Notes: generated from the sequence alone by a model not told the origin. A DNA stretch of 35,424 nt from a virus (IMGVR_UViG_3300014039_000010:1-35424); one strand, 5' to 3'. Shown: positions 14,989 through 22,775, counted from the stretch's first letter. Made by a program: numbers and translations.

Positions 14989-15744
14989 ATGGCAAAGAGA
15001 AAACTAAAAGTATGTTGGGTAAGTGCTGGAATATCAAGTTTTATGGCTGGATATTTAGCGGAAAATGTAGATGAGTGGATTTACATTGATATATCAGACC
15101 AGCATCCAGATAGTTTGAGATTTATTAAAGATTGTGAGAAAGCAATCGGAAAAGAAATCGGAAAAGAAATGCAGATATTGCAATCAAAGGAATATCGGAG
15201 TGTTGAAGAGTGCGTAAAGGTTTTCGGTGGTTTTAGGAATCCAGGAAACGGATTTGCACCTTGCACGAACTGGCTGAAAAAGAGAGTTCGTAAGGAGTGG
15301 GAAGAACAACACAAAGATTGTGATTTGACTTATGTATGGGGATTTGATTTGAAAGAGAAAAATCGAGCCGAGAGGACAATCGAAGTTAATCCGCAGGCAG
15401 AGCATGAATTTCCACTTATCGACAGAGGCTTGTCTAAGGAAGAGGTACATGGATTGTTTGAACGTACTTTTGATTTTAAGAGACCGAAGATGTATGAAAT
15501 GGGTTATCCGAACAATAACTGCATCGGATGTGTCAAAGGTGGAATGGGTTATTGGAACAAGATCAGAAAAGACTTCCCGGAAGTGTTCGAGAGCCGGGCG
15601 AAGTTGGAGCGATTGGTCGGATATTCAATACTGAAAGACAGTAAAGGCAATCCGATATATCTTGACGAGCTGGATCCAGACAGGGGTAACATGGATACAG
15701 AAATCTTCCCAGAGTGTGGGATCATGTGCTACTTGTCGTTGTAA
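14989..15744 (+). CDS. PP-loop (adenine nucleotide alpha-hydrolase) superfamily enzyme, PAPS-reductase-like
   Basis: 251 aa. N-terminal VCWVSAGISS resembles a degenerate SGGxDS PP-loop. CTNWLKK and NCIGCVKGG are Cys motifs. Similar genes sit next to terminase genes in many phages. Confidence 0.5.
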   Translation: MAKRKLKVCWVSAGISSFMAGYLAENVDEWIYIDISDQHPDSLRFIKDCEKAIGKEIGKEMQILQSKEYRSVEECVKVFGGFRNPGNGFAPCTNWLKKRVRKEWEEQHKDCDLTYVWGFDLKEKNRAERTIEVNPQAEHEFPLIDRGLSKEEVHGLFERTFDFKRPKMYEMGYPNNNCIGCVKGGMGYWNKIRKDFPEVFESRAKLERLVGYSILKDSKGNPIYLDELDPDRGNMDTEIFPECGIMCYLSL

Positions 15745-15753
15745 ACAGAACAG

Positions 15754-15786
15754 GGCTACGCTTTATGTGTAGCCTTTTTTCTTTTT
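15754..15786 (+). terminator. Rho-independent terminator
   Basis: GGCTAC 15754-15759 pairs with GTAGCC 15769-15774, followed by TTTTTTCTTTTT. Confidence 0.7.
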
Positions 15787-15789
15787 ATA

Positions 15790-15816
15790 TGCTAAAATGA
15801 CGGTATAAACGTAATA
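15790..15816 (+). promoter_or_regulatory. Putative late promoter (extended -10 TGCTAAAAT) overlapping the late box ATGACGGTATAAACGTAATA
   Basis: TGn-TAAAAT at 15790-15798. The box at 15797-15816 matches 22752-22771 at 19 of 20 positions. Confidence 0.4.
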
Positions 15817-15831
15817 AAGCGAGGTGATAAT

Positions 15832-16290
15832 ATGGCAAAAATAGCAAAACCGAAGCTGTCAAAAGCGCAAAAAATCTTTGCAGATGAATATTTAATAGAC
15901 TTAAATGCAACAAGATCATACAGTGTGGCTTTTCCTACGGCGAAATACACGACTTGTCAAGTAGAAGGGAGCAAGCTTCTTAGAAACCCTATGATTTCGG
16001 CGTATATTGACGAGAGAATGAAGGGCAAAGAGGATGCAAGAATCATGAAACAGGATGAAGTACTTAGACTGCTTACAGAGATAGCACGTGGCGAGACGAC
16101 AGAGCAGACATTGAAGGGTATCGGCGGCGGCGCACAGGAGATCGTCGAGAATCGTGTATCCGAAAAAGAAAGAATGAAAGCACTTGAATTGCTTGGCAAA
16201 AGATACGGCACATTTGCGGAGAATGTCAATGTGAACGTAAGTAAGTCCGAGAAGCTGGCAGACATTGTGGAGCAGATAAAAGGGGAGTGA
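15832..16290 (+). CDS. terS: Terminase small subunit (P27 / Terminase_2 type)
   Basis: KLSKAQKIFADEYLIDLNATRSYSVAF....A...GSKLLRNP.I..YI is the typical N terminus of this family. Confidence 0.85.
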   Translation: MAKIAKPKLSKAQKIFADEYLIDLNATRSYSVAFPTAKYTTCQVEGSKLLRNPMISAYIDERMKGKEDARIMKQDEVLRLLTEIARGETTEQTLKGIGGGAQEIVENRVSEKERMKALELLGKRYGTFAENVNVNVSKSEKLADIVEQIKGE

Positions 16291-16296
16291 TAAGAT

Positions 16297-17637
16297 GTGT
16301 TTAAGCTATCGCAAAAGTACATAGATTTCATCAAAGATATGGACGTTGACGCGGACTTCCTCGAAGGCACTACTGCATCGGGCAAGACAACTATCGGTGC
16401 GGGCGTTAAATTTATGATAAAGGTGTCGGCAAGCAAAAAGAAGCTGCACATTATCGCAGGCAAAAGTACCGGTGTCGTAGAAAAGAACATCTTGCAACAG
16501 GATAACGGTATATTAGACTTGCATCATAACGCAGTCTACTACGGCAACGGCGACAAAGATTACAAGTTCCCGCATATCAAATTCGAGGACAAGATCATAC
16601 TTGTACTTGGATATGATAACAAGGACAAGTGGGAGAATGCACTTGGCGGTCAGTATGGTTGCGTGTTTATTGATGAGTGTAACATCGCAGACATAGAGTT
16701 CATCCGTGAGATATCAACACGTAATGACTACTTAATTGCTACGCTTAACCCGGACAGCCCAGATATACCTGTTTACAAGGAGTTCATAAACAGGAGCAGA
16801 CCGCTACCGAAGTATGCGCATGATGTACCAGAGAGCATCATGCAAGACTTGAAAGAACCGGAGTATGCAAGGTGGCGTTATTGGTTCTTCACGTTTAATG
16901 ACAACGCAGGACTTACACCGGAGCAGATAGAAAAGAAGAAAGCATCTGCACCGATCGGAACGAAGATGTACAAGAATAAGATACTAGGCTTGCGTGGACG
17001 TGCAACGGGGCTTATACTTCCGCTAAAAAAAGAGAATATCATCACAGAAACAGAAGCTAAGAAGATGAAGTTCCTGTATTATTCAGTTGGATGCGATACG
17101 TCGTATTCTAAAAAGTCGCATGATAAGCTATCCTTTACTTTTGTCGGCATCACGAAAGATAGAAAGTGCGTGTTGCTTGCATCTCAAAGTCAGAATAACA
17201 AGGATGCAGTTATACCGTTTGCGCCATCTGATACAATTCCGATGTTGCTTGAGTTTGTAGAGCAAAACAAGAGCAAGTGGGGATTTGCTAAGACAACATA
17301 CATAGACAGTGCCGATGCGGGAACGATACAAGAGGCGCAGAAGTTTAAGCGCAACAACCCTTGCATATACGACTTTGTAGGGGCATGGAAAAAGACAAAG
17401 ATCATCACACGTTTGCAGTTGCAGCAGTCATGGATGCAGACAGGCGACTTTCTTGTAGTTGACACCTGCACAGATTATATTGACGAGTGCAACACGTACT
17501 CTTATACTGAGGACGGACAACCAGAGGACGGACACGACCACTGCATTAATAGCTGTCAGTACGCGTGGTTGCCGTACAAGTCACGTATCGGTGATATGGA
17601 TGCAATTAAGCAGATTATAAAAGATGCTTATGATTGA
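16297..17637 (+). CDS. terL: Terminase large subunit
   Basis: 446 aa, GTG start. Walker A GTTASGKT, Walker B VFIDEC, and a C-terminal nuclease region (SVGCDTS...IDSADAG...D). Directly follows terS. Confidence 0.9.
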   Translation: MFKLSQKYIDFIKDMDVDADFLEGTTASGKTTIGAGVKFMIKVSASKKKLHIIAGKSTGVVEKNILQQDNGILDLHHNAVYYGNGDKDYKFPHIKFEDKIILVLGYDNKDKWENALGGQYGCVFIDECNIADIEFIREISTRNDYLIATLNPDSPDIPVYKEFINRSRPLPKYAHDVPESIMQDLKEPEYARWRYWFFTFNDNAGLTPEQIEKKKASAPIGTKMYKNKILGLRGRATGLILPLKKENIITETEAKKMKFLYYSVGCDTSYSKKSHDKLSFTFVGITKDRKCVLLASQSQNNKDAVIPFAPSDTIPMLLEFVEQNKSKWGFAKTTYIDSADAGTIQEAQKFKRNNPCIYDFVGAWKKTKIITRLQLQQSWMQTGDFLVVDTCTDYIDECNTYSYTEDGQPEDGHDHCINSCQYAWLPYKSRIGDMDAIKQIIKDAYD

Positions 17638-17707
17638 GTTTAATTGAGTTTTAACTCGAAAAAAAACACTGAATTTTAGAAAAACAGTGAAAAGAAAGGA
17701 GTAAAGG

Positions 17708-19165
17708 ATGTTTGAACGAACAAAGAACGCGCTTAAAAATGCAGTTCGTAGCTTTTTGAGCTTGTCGGAATCGACAGGGATAAGCGCACAGATCAACGAG
17801 CTTTTCGACTTCGAGACGAACGCATTCGTCAATGAGATTTGGTTCCGCGGCGATGGCTACGAGCTGGAACAGTTGTATAAGTCAATCCCGGACTACAAGT
17901 ATTCGTTCTGGGGAGCGGCAAGCACAAAAGGCTTGGAGATACGCAAAATCCACACAGGACTACCGAAAATCATTGTAAACACTTTGACGAATGTATGCGT
18001 TGACGACATGCAGGATATTAAGATTGAGCATATCGGAAAAGAAAACACGTGGGGAGAGATTGAGAAGGAGAACGACTTCAAAGCACTTGTTAAAAAAGCA
18101 GTGCGTAAGGCACTTGTAACGGGCGACGGAGCATTCAAGATCAGCATTGATACGGACGTGTCGCAGTATCCGATTCTAGAGTTCTATGAAGCAGACAGAA
18201 TCGAGGTTGTAAAGAAGCGTGGAAGAGTAAGCGAGATCCGCTTCAAAAAGCATTATGCAAAACAGGGCGTATCTTATGTGTTGAAAGAGTGCTACGGATA
18301 CGGATATATCACGTACAGACTTTTCGATGCTTACGACAACGAGCTTTCACTTGACAAGCTGGATAGTACAAAAGACTTGCAGCCTGTTTACTTCGACAAG
18401 TCCTTTATGATGGCGGAATATTTGTCATTCTTTGCATCGGACAAGTGGGATGGACGAGGACAGAGCATCTATGATAGCAAGCGCGACAACTTCGATTCTT
18501 TAGACGAGGCGTGGTCGCAGTGGGTGGATGCACTTAGAGCGAACCGCACAAAGTCATACATCCCAGAAGATTTGCTTCCAAGGGATCCGGCGACAGGACA
18601 GCTTCGATATGGCAATGCATTTGATAACCGATTCATCGCAACAGGTACACCGATGCAAGAGGGCGCACAGAGTAAGATTGAGACAGTAAACGGAGCAATC
18701 GACACAAACAGCTACTTGTCAACGTACGTCACAGCACTTGACTTATGCTTGCAGGGCTTAATATCTCCGTCAACACTTGGCATTGATGTAAAGAAGCTGG
18801 ATAACGCAGAGGCGCAGAGAGAAAAAGAAAAGACTACGCTATACACACGCCAGACTATCATCTATGCATTACAGGATTGCTTGCAGTCGCTTATCGACAA
18901 AGTATTCAAAGTATATGCGCTGATGAGTGGCGAGGCTTTGGATGTGACGGAAGCAGAAGTAAGTTTCGGCGAATATGCAAATCCGTCGTTTGAAAGTCAA
19001 ATTGAGACAGTCGGCAAAGCAAAGACACAGGGTGTTATGTCGATTGAATCAATCGTGGAAGAGCTTTACGGCGATAGTAAGACAGATGACTGGAAGGCAG
19101 AGGAAATACGCCGCATTAAGAACGAACAGGGCATTGCAGAGCTGGAAGAGCCGAGCATGATATAG
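17708..19165 (+). CDS. Portal protein (SPP1 gp6-like)
   Basis: 485 aa, sitting after terL and before MuF. Its size and acidic C terminus fit this family. Confidence 0.8.
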   Translation: MFERTKNALKNAVRSFLSLSESTGISAQINELFDFETNAFVNEIWFRGDGYELEQLYKSIPDYKYSFWGAASTKGLEIRKIHTGLPKIIVNTLTNVCVDDMQDIKIEHIGKENTWGEIEKENDFKALVKKAVRKALVTGDGAFKISIDTDVSQYPILEFYEADRIEVVKKRGRVSEIRFKKHYAKQGVSYVLKECYGYGYITYRLFDAYDNELSLDKLDSTKDLQPVYFDKSFMMAEYLSFFASDKWDGRGQSIYDSKRDNFDSLDEAWSQWVDALRANRTKSYIPEDLLPRDPATGQLRYGNAFDNRFIATGTPMQEGAQSKIETVNGAIDTNSYLSTYVTALDLCLQGLISPSTLGIDVKKLDNAEAQREKEKTTLYTRQTIIYALQDCLQSLIDKVFKVYALMSGEALDVTEAEVSFGEYANPSFESQIETVGKAKTQGVMSIESIVEELYGDSKTDDWKAEEIRRIKNEQGIAELEEPSMI

Positions 19166-19177
19166 AAGGGAGCAAGC

Positions 19178-19360
19178 ATGGAGCAGAAAGTAATTAAGGG
19201 ATTGACTATTGAATTTAACGGAGAGACTATCGACAACGTAACAAATCTTTGCATTGATACGTGGGATAAGAAGTACGTGCATTTCACGTACAAAAGAAAT
19301 GAGGGTGTATCCGTAAATATTGCTTGCGACTTAAAGGATATCAAGATAAATATTGCTTAG
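19178..19360 (+). CDS. Hypothetical small protein (60 aa) between portal and MuF
   Basis: Track ORF with the RBS GAAGGGAG upstream. Confidence 0.5.
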   Translation: MEQKVIKGLTIEFNGETIDNVTNLCIDTWDKKYVHFTYKRNEGVSVNIACDLKDIKINIA

Positions 19361-19381
19361 AAAAAAGTGAGGAATAAAACT

Positions 19382-19588
19382 ATGATTAAGAATTTCATCG
19401 ACGATATGATACCGGAGTTTGGGTATGATTATGTGATCGGACATTGCCTTTGCAGTGAGTACGACTTGCGTAACAAGGCAAATCGTGAAGAGGACGAGGG
19501 CAAGAAGCGCAGATACTTAAAAACGGCGCAGATGTACAAGAAGAAAGCCGAAGCATTGACAAGGGAGAGGATTGACAATGGCTTATGA
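19382..19588 (+). CDS. Hypothetical small protein (68 aa)
   Basis: ATG 19382 lies 8 nt after GAGGA. The track GTG start at 19367 is within the RBS. Confidence 0.5.
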   Translation: MIKNFIDDMIPEFGYDYVIGHCLCSEYDLRNKANREEDEGKKRRYLKTAQMYKKKAEALTRERIDNGL

Positions 19589-21611
19589 TATCACGGAAGC
19601 TTTCGAGGATATCGAGCTTGCGCTAATTAAATCTATGCGTGCGAATATGCAAAGGCATATCGACGACGAGTACGACGAGGGCATGAACTGGACGCAGTGG
19701 CAGGCAGAGATGCTTGCCGGGTTATCGCAGTATCGAGCCGAGAATCAAGACGTGCTTAAAGGGTACATGGGCAAAATGAACAGCGAGCTTGCCGGGGCAA
19801 TCCGTGATGCATATGCCACAGGAGAAAGTGAGCTTGAAATCGAGCTTTTGAAGCAGATACAAAAGGGATATACGCCGCCTAAAGACGGAAAGAAGGTTAA
19901 TATGCAAGGTGCTTTTTTTCGTAACAATCAGAGAAAGCTCAATGCGCTTGTCAAGGCTACGACAAGCGATATGAAAAAGGCGGAAACAGCACTTTTGCGT
20001 ATGAATGACGACATATATAGGCAGACTATATTTAAGGCGCAGATGTTCTATAATACCGGTGCAGGCAGTATGTGGCAATGCGTAGATATGGCAACGAAGG
20101 ACTTCCTTGCAGCAGGGTATAATTGCGTACAGTACAAGAACGGCGCAAGGGTGAATATCGCAAGTTATAGCGAAATGGCGTTAAGGACTGCAAACAAGCG
20201 TGCAAATTTGATGGGACAGGCAAACTTCCGCGAGAAACACGGTATGCATCTTGTCAAAGTCAATGCACGTGGTACGGCGTGTCCCTTGTGTCTGCCGTAT
20301 CTTGGGAAAGTGTATGTTGACGATGTGTACGGCGGCGGCACTGCTGAGGAAAGCAAGTCAAGCGGATATCCGTTGCTTAGTATTGCAGTAAAGGGCGGGC
20401 TTTTTCATCCAAACTGTAAAGACGCTTGCAGTACGTACTACGAGGGCATCAATCAACCGCCCAAAGAGGTCACGGACGAACAGGCAAAAGAGATCAACCG
20501 CCGATACAATCTGGAGCAAACGCAAAGATACTACGAGCGCAATTACAGAAAGAATGTCAGACTTGCTAATGGCAGCTTGACAGAGGAAAACGTCAAGAAG
20601 TATTCAGCACGTGCAAGCGCATACAAAAAGAAGTTGACTGATCTGTGTGATGCAAACAGTGACGTGCTTCGACTTGACAAGCAGAGGCTTTCGCTACATG
20701 GCGTTTTAAGCGTTGATAATAAGGGTAGGCTTAGTGTTACACCTAAAGCGAATAAAAATGCAACCACGGGCATTATACGCGATTACAACGGTACATTAGC
20801 AACGAAGCTGGGTAAAGATCACTATGATAATATATGCGACAAGGTAGATAAGTGCAAGGACAAGGATCTTGTTGCGTTGTGGCAAGCGCACGCAGATCAT
20901 ATCGGAGTTGGAAGCACTACAAAAAAAGGTGCATATGCTATGAGTGGTAGTATATACTTAGATATTGAGAGGGTAGCAAAAGGCGGCATGATTGAAAAGC
21001 CATATCAGACAGCATTCCATGAGTGCGGACACGTCATTGACGGAAGAGCGAGAAGAAATCTGCAAACGCAAGGAGTTTTTGCAAGCCATTTTTCTGGCGC
21101 ATATAAAGACGGACTATTCCCGCAAACGATCAAAGACGAAGTGCAAGAGTGGGTTATGCGTTATGACAAGGAGTTGAAACAAGCGTTCAAAGATCATGCA
21201 GGCGATGTTGAATGGTTCAGACAGAACGGACATATAGGCGAATGGAGTTACGACAGGTATAAAAACGGATATGCGACGGCAAGCGAAGTAATACCAAAGT
21301 ATCGTAAATCTATGGCATATAATGCAGTCGCAAAAGAATTGAGAAGCTATGATGCAATAGCGGTTGCTGATTTGTGCGATATCGTAGAGGGTGCAACAAA
21401 CGCAAAGATAAGCGTAGTTGCAGGACACGGCGCGAAGTACTGGAAAGATAGGACTGTCGGCGGCATTGCAGATGGACTTGCAACAGAGGCATTTGCGGAG
21501 ATCACGGACAGTACGTTTGCGAATGAAGAAAGTCTGGACTTAATTAAAAAGTATCTGCCTAAGAGCTACGATGTTTACAAGGAAATGGTAAGGGAGATGT
21601 TAAAGCAATGA
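19578..21611 (+). CDS. Head-morphogenesis protein (MuF / SPP1 gp7 family) fused to a C-terminal HEXXH metallopeptidase-like domain
   Basis: ATG 19578 follows the RBS AAGGGAGAGG. The MuF core includes ...TACPLCLPYLGKVY...GGLFHPNCKD. After a coiled linker comes a roughly 280-aa C-terminal domain carrying FHECGH (nt 21018-21032). Confidence 0.8.
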   Translation: MAYDITEAFEDIELALIKSMRANMQRHIDDEYDEGMNWTQWQAEMLAGLSQYRAENQDVLKGYMGKMNSELAGAIRDAYATGESELEIELLKQIQKGYTPPKDGKKVNMQGAFFRNNQRKLNALVKATTSDMKKAETALLRMNDDIYRQTIFKAQMFYNTGAGSMWQCVDMATKDFLAAGYNCVQYKNGARVNIASYSEMALRTANKRANLMGQANFREKHGMHLVKVNARGTACPLCLPYLGKVYVDDVYGGGTAEESKSSGYPLLSIAVKGGLFHPNCKDACSTYYEGINQPPKEVTDEQAKEINRRYNLEQTQRYYERNYRKNVRLANGSLTEENVKKYSARASAYKKKLTDLCDANSDVLRLDKQRLSLHGVLSVDNKGRLSVTPKANKNATTGIIRDYNGTLATKLGKDHYDNICDKVDKCKDKDLVALWQAHADHIGVGSTTKKGAYAMSGSIYLDIERVAKGGMIEKPYQTAFHECGHVIDGRARRNLQTQGVFASHFSGAYKDGLFPQTIKDEVQEWVMRYDKELKQAFKDHAGDVEWFRQNGHIGEWSYDRYKNGYATASEVIPKYRKSMAYNAVAKELRSYDAIAVADLCDIVEGATNAKISVVAGHGAKYWKDRTVGGIADGLATEAFAEITDSTFANEESLDLIKKYLPKSYDVYKEMVREMLKQ

Positions 21612-21763
21612 ATGAACTATTAAAAAAGTATGAGGATGCATTTAATGAGTGTTTCCCGCTTATGCTTATGAGAGGCATGAGCGAAGAGGACGTAAAGGTT
21701 GCTATTGAAAAATGCTTGAAAAATGGCAAGCCTTATGAGGTAGATGCAGAAGGTGATTATTAA
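21608..21763 (+). CDS. Small protein (51 aa) translationally coupled to the MuF fusion; candidate cognate immunity or inhibitor protein
   Basis: ATGA start/stop overlap at 21608-21611. Below the track cutoff. A strong terminator follows. Confidence 0.45.
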   Translation: MNELLKKYEDAFNECFPLMLMRGMSEEDVKVAIEKCLKNGKPYEVDAEGDY

Positions 21764-21767
21764 GCAC

Positions 21768-21871
21768 AAAAAAGAGCAGGCGGGAGGTATCGCTTGCTCT
21801 TTTTCGTAAGAGGAGAATTAAATCATGTCACTTCTAATCACTTACAAGAAGGGAAAGGTTAATAAGAAGAT
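21768..21871 (-). ncRNA. Candidate minus-strand small RNA of about 100 nt
   Basis: Minus-strand -35 TTGACA (reverse complement of 21901-21906), exact 17-nt spacer, -10 TAAAAT (reverse complement of 21878-21883). The transcript would end at the bidirectional terminator. It holds no meaningful ORF. Confidence 0.3.
21773..21804. terminator. Bidirectional rho-independent terminator
   Basis: 10-bp stem, AGAGCAGGCG 21773-21782 with CGCTTGCTCT 21791-21800 (one G-U pair). A-run upstream and T-run downstream. Confidence 0.75.
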
Positions 21872-21937
21872 ACTTTTATTTTACATCTTTGTTAAAAAAA
21901 TGTCAATGTGGCTTACGTGATTACATCGAAAAAGTCC

Positions 21938-22212
21938 ATGTAAACCAAAATGTAAGTCAAAGAAACGTAGTATTTATGCGGTGTTCATACATTTGTCTTG
22001 CAATCTTCCATAATTTTTTCAATTACAAAAAAATATTAGTAAATATATAAAAAATAAAAGAGCTGATATAAAAATCGCTATATGAATATATAAATATAAA
22101 AATTATGTATTTATGTATATATATGTAATAAAAAGGCTTATAAACCCTTATAAATACTACATTCTTGGTGTCTTACATTTTGACTTACATTTGACTTACG
22201 TTTTACATTTTC
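21938..22212. repeat. Second iteron and AT-rich region, related to the 9463-9730 origin
   Basis: A direct copy of the origin unit lies at 21938-21981 and an inverted copy at 22145-22188, flanking an AT-rich core of about 160 bp. Further GACTTAC(A/G)T iterons lie at 22181-22210. Confidence 0.6.
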
Positions 22213-22217
22213 CAGTA

Positions 22218-22245
22218 TTGATTTTTGAAAAATGTATGTTATAAT
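22218..22245 (+). promoter_or_regulatory. Sigma-70-type promoter with an extended -10, for the tandem-HTH gene
   Basis: -35 TTGATT 22218-22223, 16-nt spacer, TGT-TATAAT 22237-22245. Confidence 0.6.
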
Positions 22246-22275
22246 GAGCAAAAACATACAAAACGGAGGATTAAC

Positions 22276-22740
22276 ATGAAGATTAGTTCTGAAAAATTAA
22301 AGTATCACAGAAGAAAGACAGGAAAGACGTCACAGGAGTTTGCGGACTTGTGTGGCATTCCAGTTGGTACATATTTTGCATATGAATCCGGCTGGCGAAG
22401 TCCGAGAAGCGAGCGGATACAGATTATTGCAGACAAATTAGGCGTACTAAAAGAAGATATCACAGAGAGCGACACAGATTACAGGATGATGCAGATAAAT
22501 AAGGGGTGTTTATCAAGCGATGATATCCTAAAAGAGCGAGTTGAGATTGACACAAATCTTTTGAAAGTGAAAAGGCAACAGTATTTTGGGAATGCAACCG
22601 TGTTTGCAAAGTATCTGGGTGTCAGCGTTGCGACATATTACGGCTACGAGAAAGGAAAAGTCAAACCGACAAGGCTTGTCATCAGAAAAATGTGCAATGC
22701 GCTTGATTTGCAGTTTATGAGGCTTGTAAAGACAGTATAA
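22276..22740 (+). CDS. Tandem-HTH (two XRE-type HTH_3 domains) DNA-binding protein
   Basis: ATG 22276 follows the RBS ACGGAGGA. HTH1 is RRKTGKTSQEFADLCGIPVGTYFAYESGWRSP. HTH2 is RQQYFGNATVFAKYLGVSVATYYGYEKGKVKP. The track TTG start at 22225 lies inside the promoter. Confidence 0.75.
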   Translation: MKISSEKLKYHRRKTGKTSQEFADLCGIPVGTYFAYESGWRSPRSERIQIIADKLGVLKEDITESDTDYRMMQINKGCLSSDDILKERVEIDTNLLKVKRQQYFGNATVFAKYLGVSVATYYGYEKGKVKPTRLVIRKMCNALDLQFMRLVKTV

Positions 22741-22746
22741 TCATAA

Positions 22747-22775
22747 TTGACATGACGGTATAAACATAATATAAT
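22747..22775 (+). promoter_or_regulatory. Consensus promoter (TTGACA-17-TATAAT) for the scaffold and capsid operon, with the late box in its spacer
   Basis: -35 at 22747-22752 and -10 at 22770-22775. GACGGTataAACATA at 22754-22768 occupies the same position as the early operators. Confidence 0.6.

Noticed and set aside
17638-17707. The direct repeat TTGAGTTTAATTGAGTTTTAA and the CACTG...CAGTG hairpin between terL and portal, considered as a possible pac or regulatory element
   Set aside because: The elements are short and AT-rich, with weak stems and no second copy elsewhere. The evidence is insufficient.
21486-21500. EAFAE as the anthrax-lethal-factor-type third zinc ligand (EFFAE-like), which would place the MuF C-terminal domain in the ATLF family
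   Set aside because: It lies about 155 residues after the HEXXH. As I recall, in LF-type enzymes the glutamate is about 45 residues downstream. The spacing does not fit, so only the HEXXH itself is claimed.
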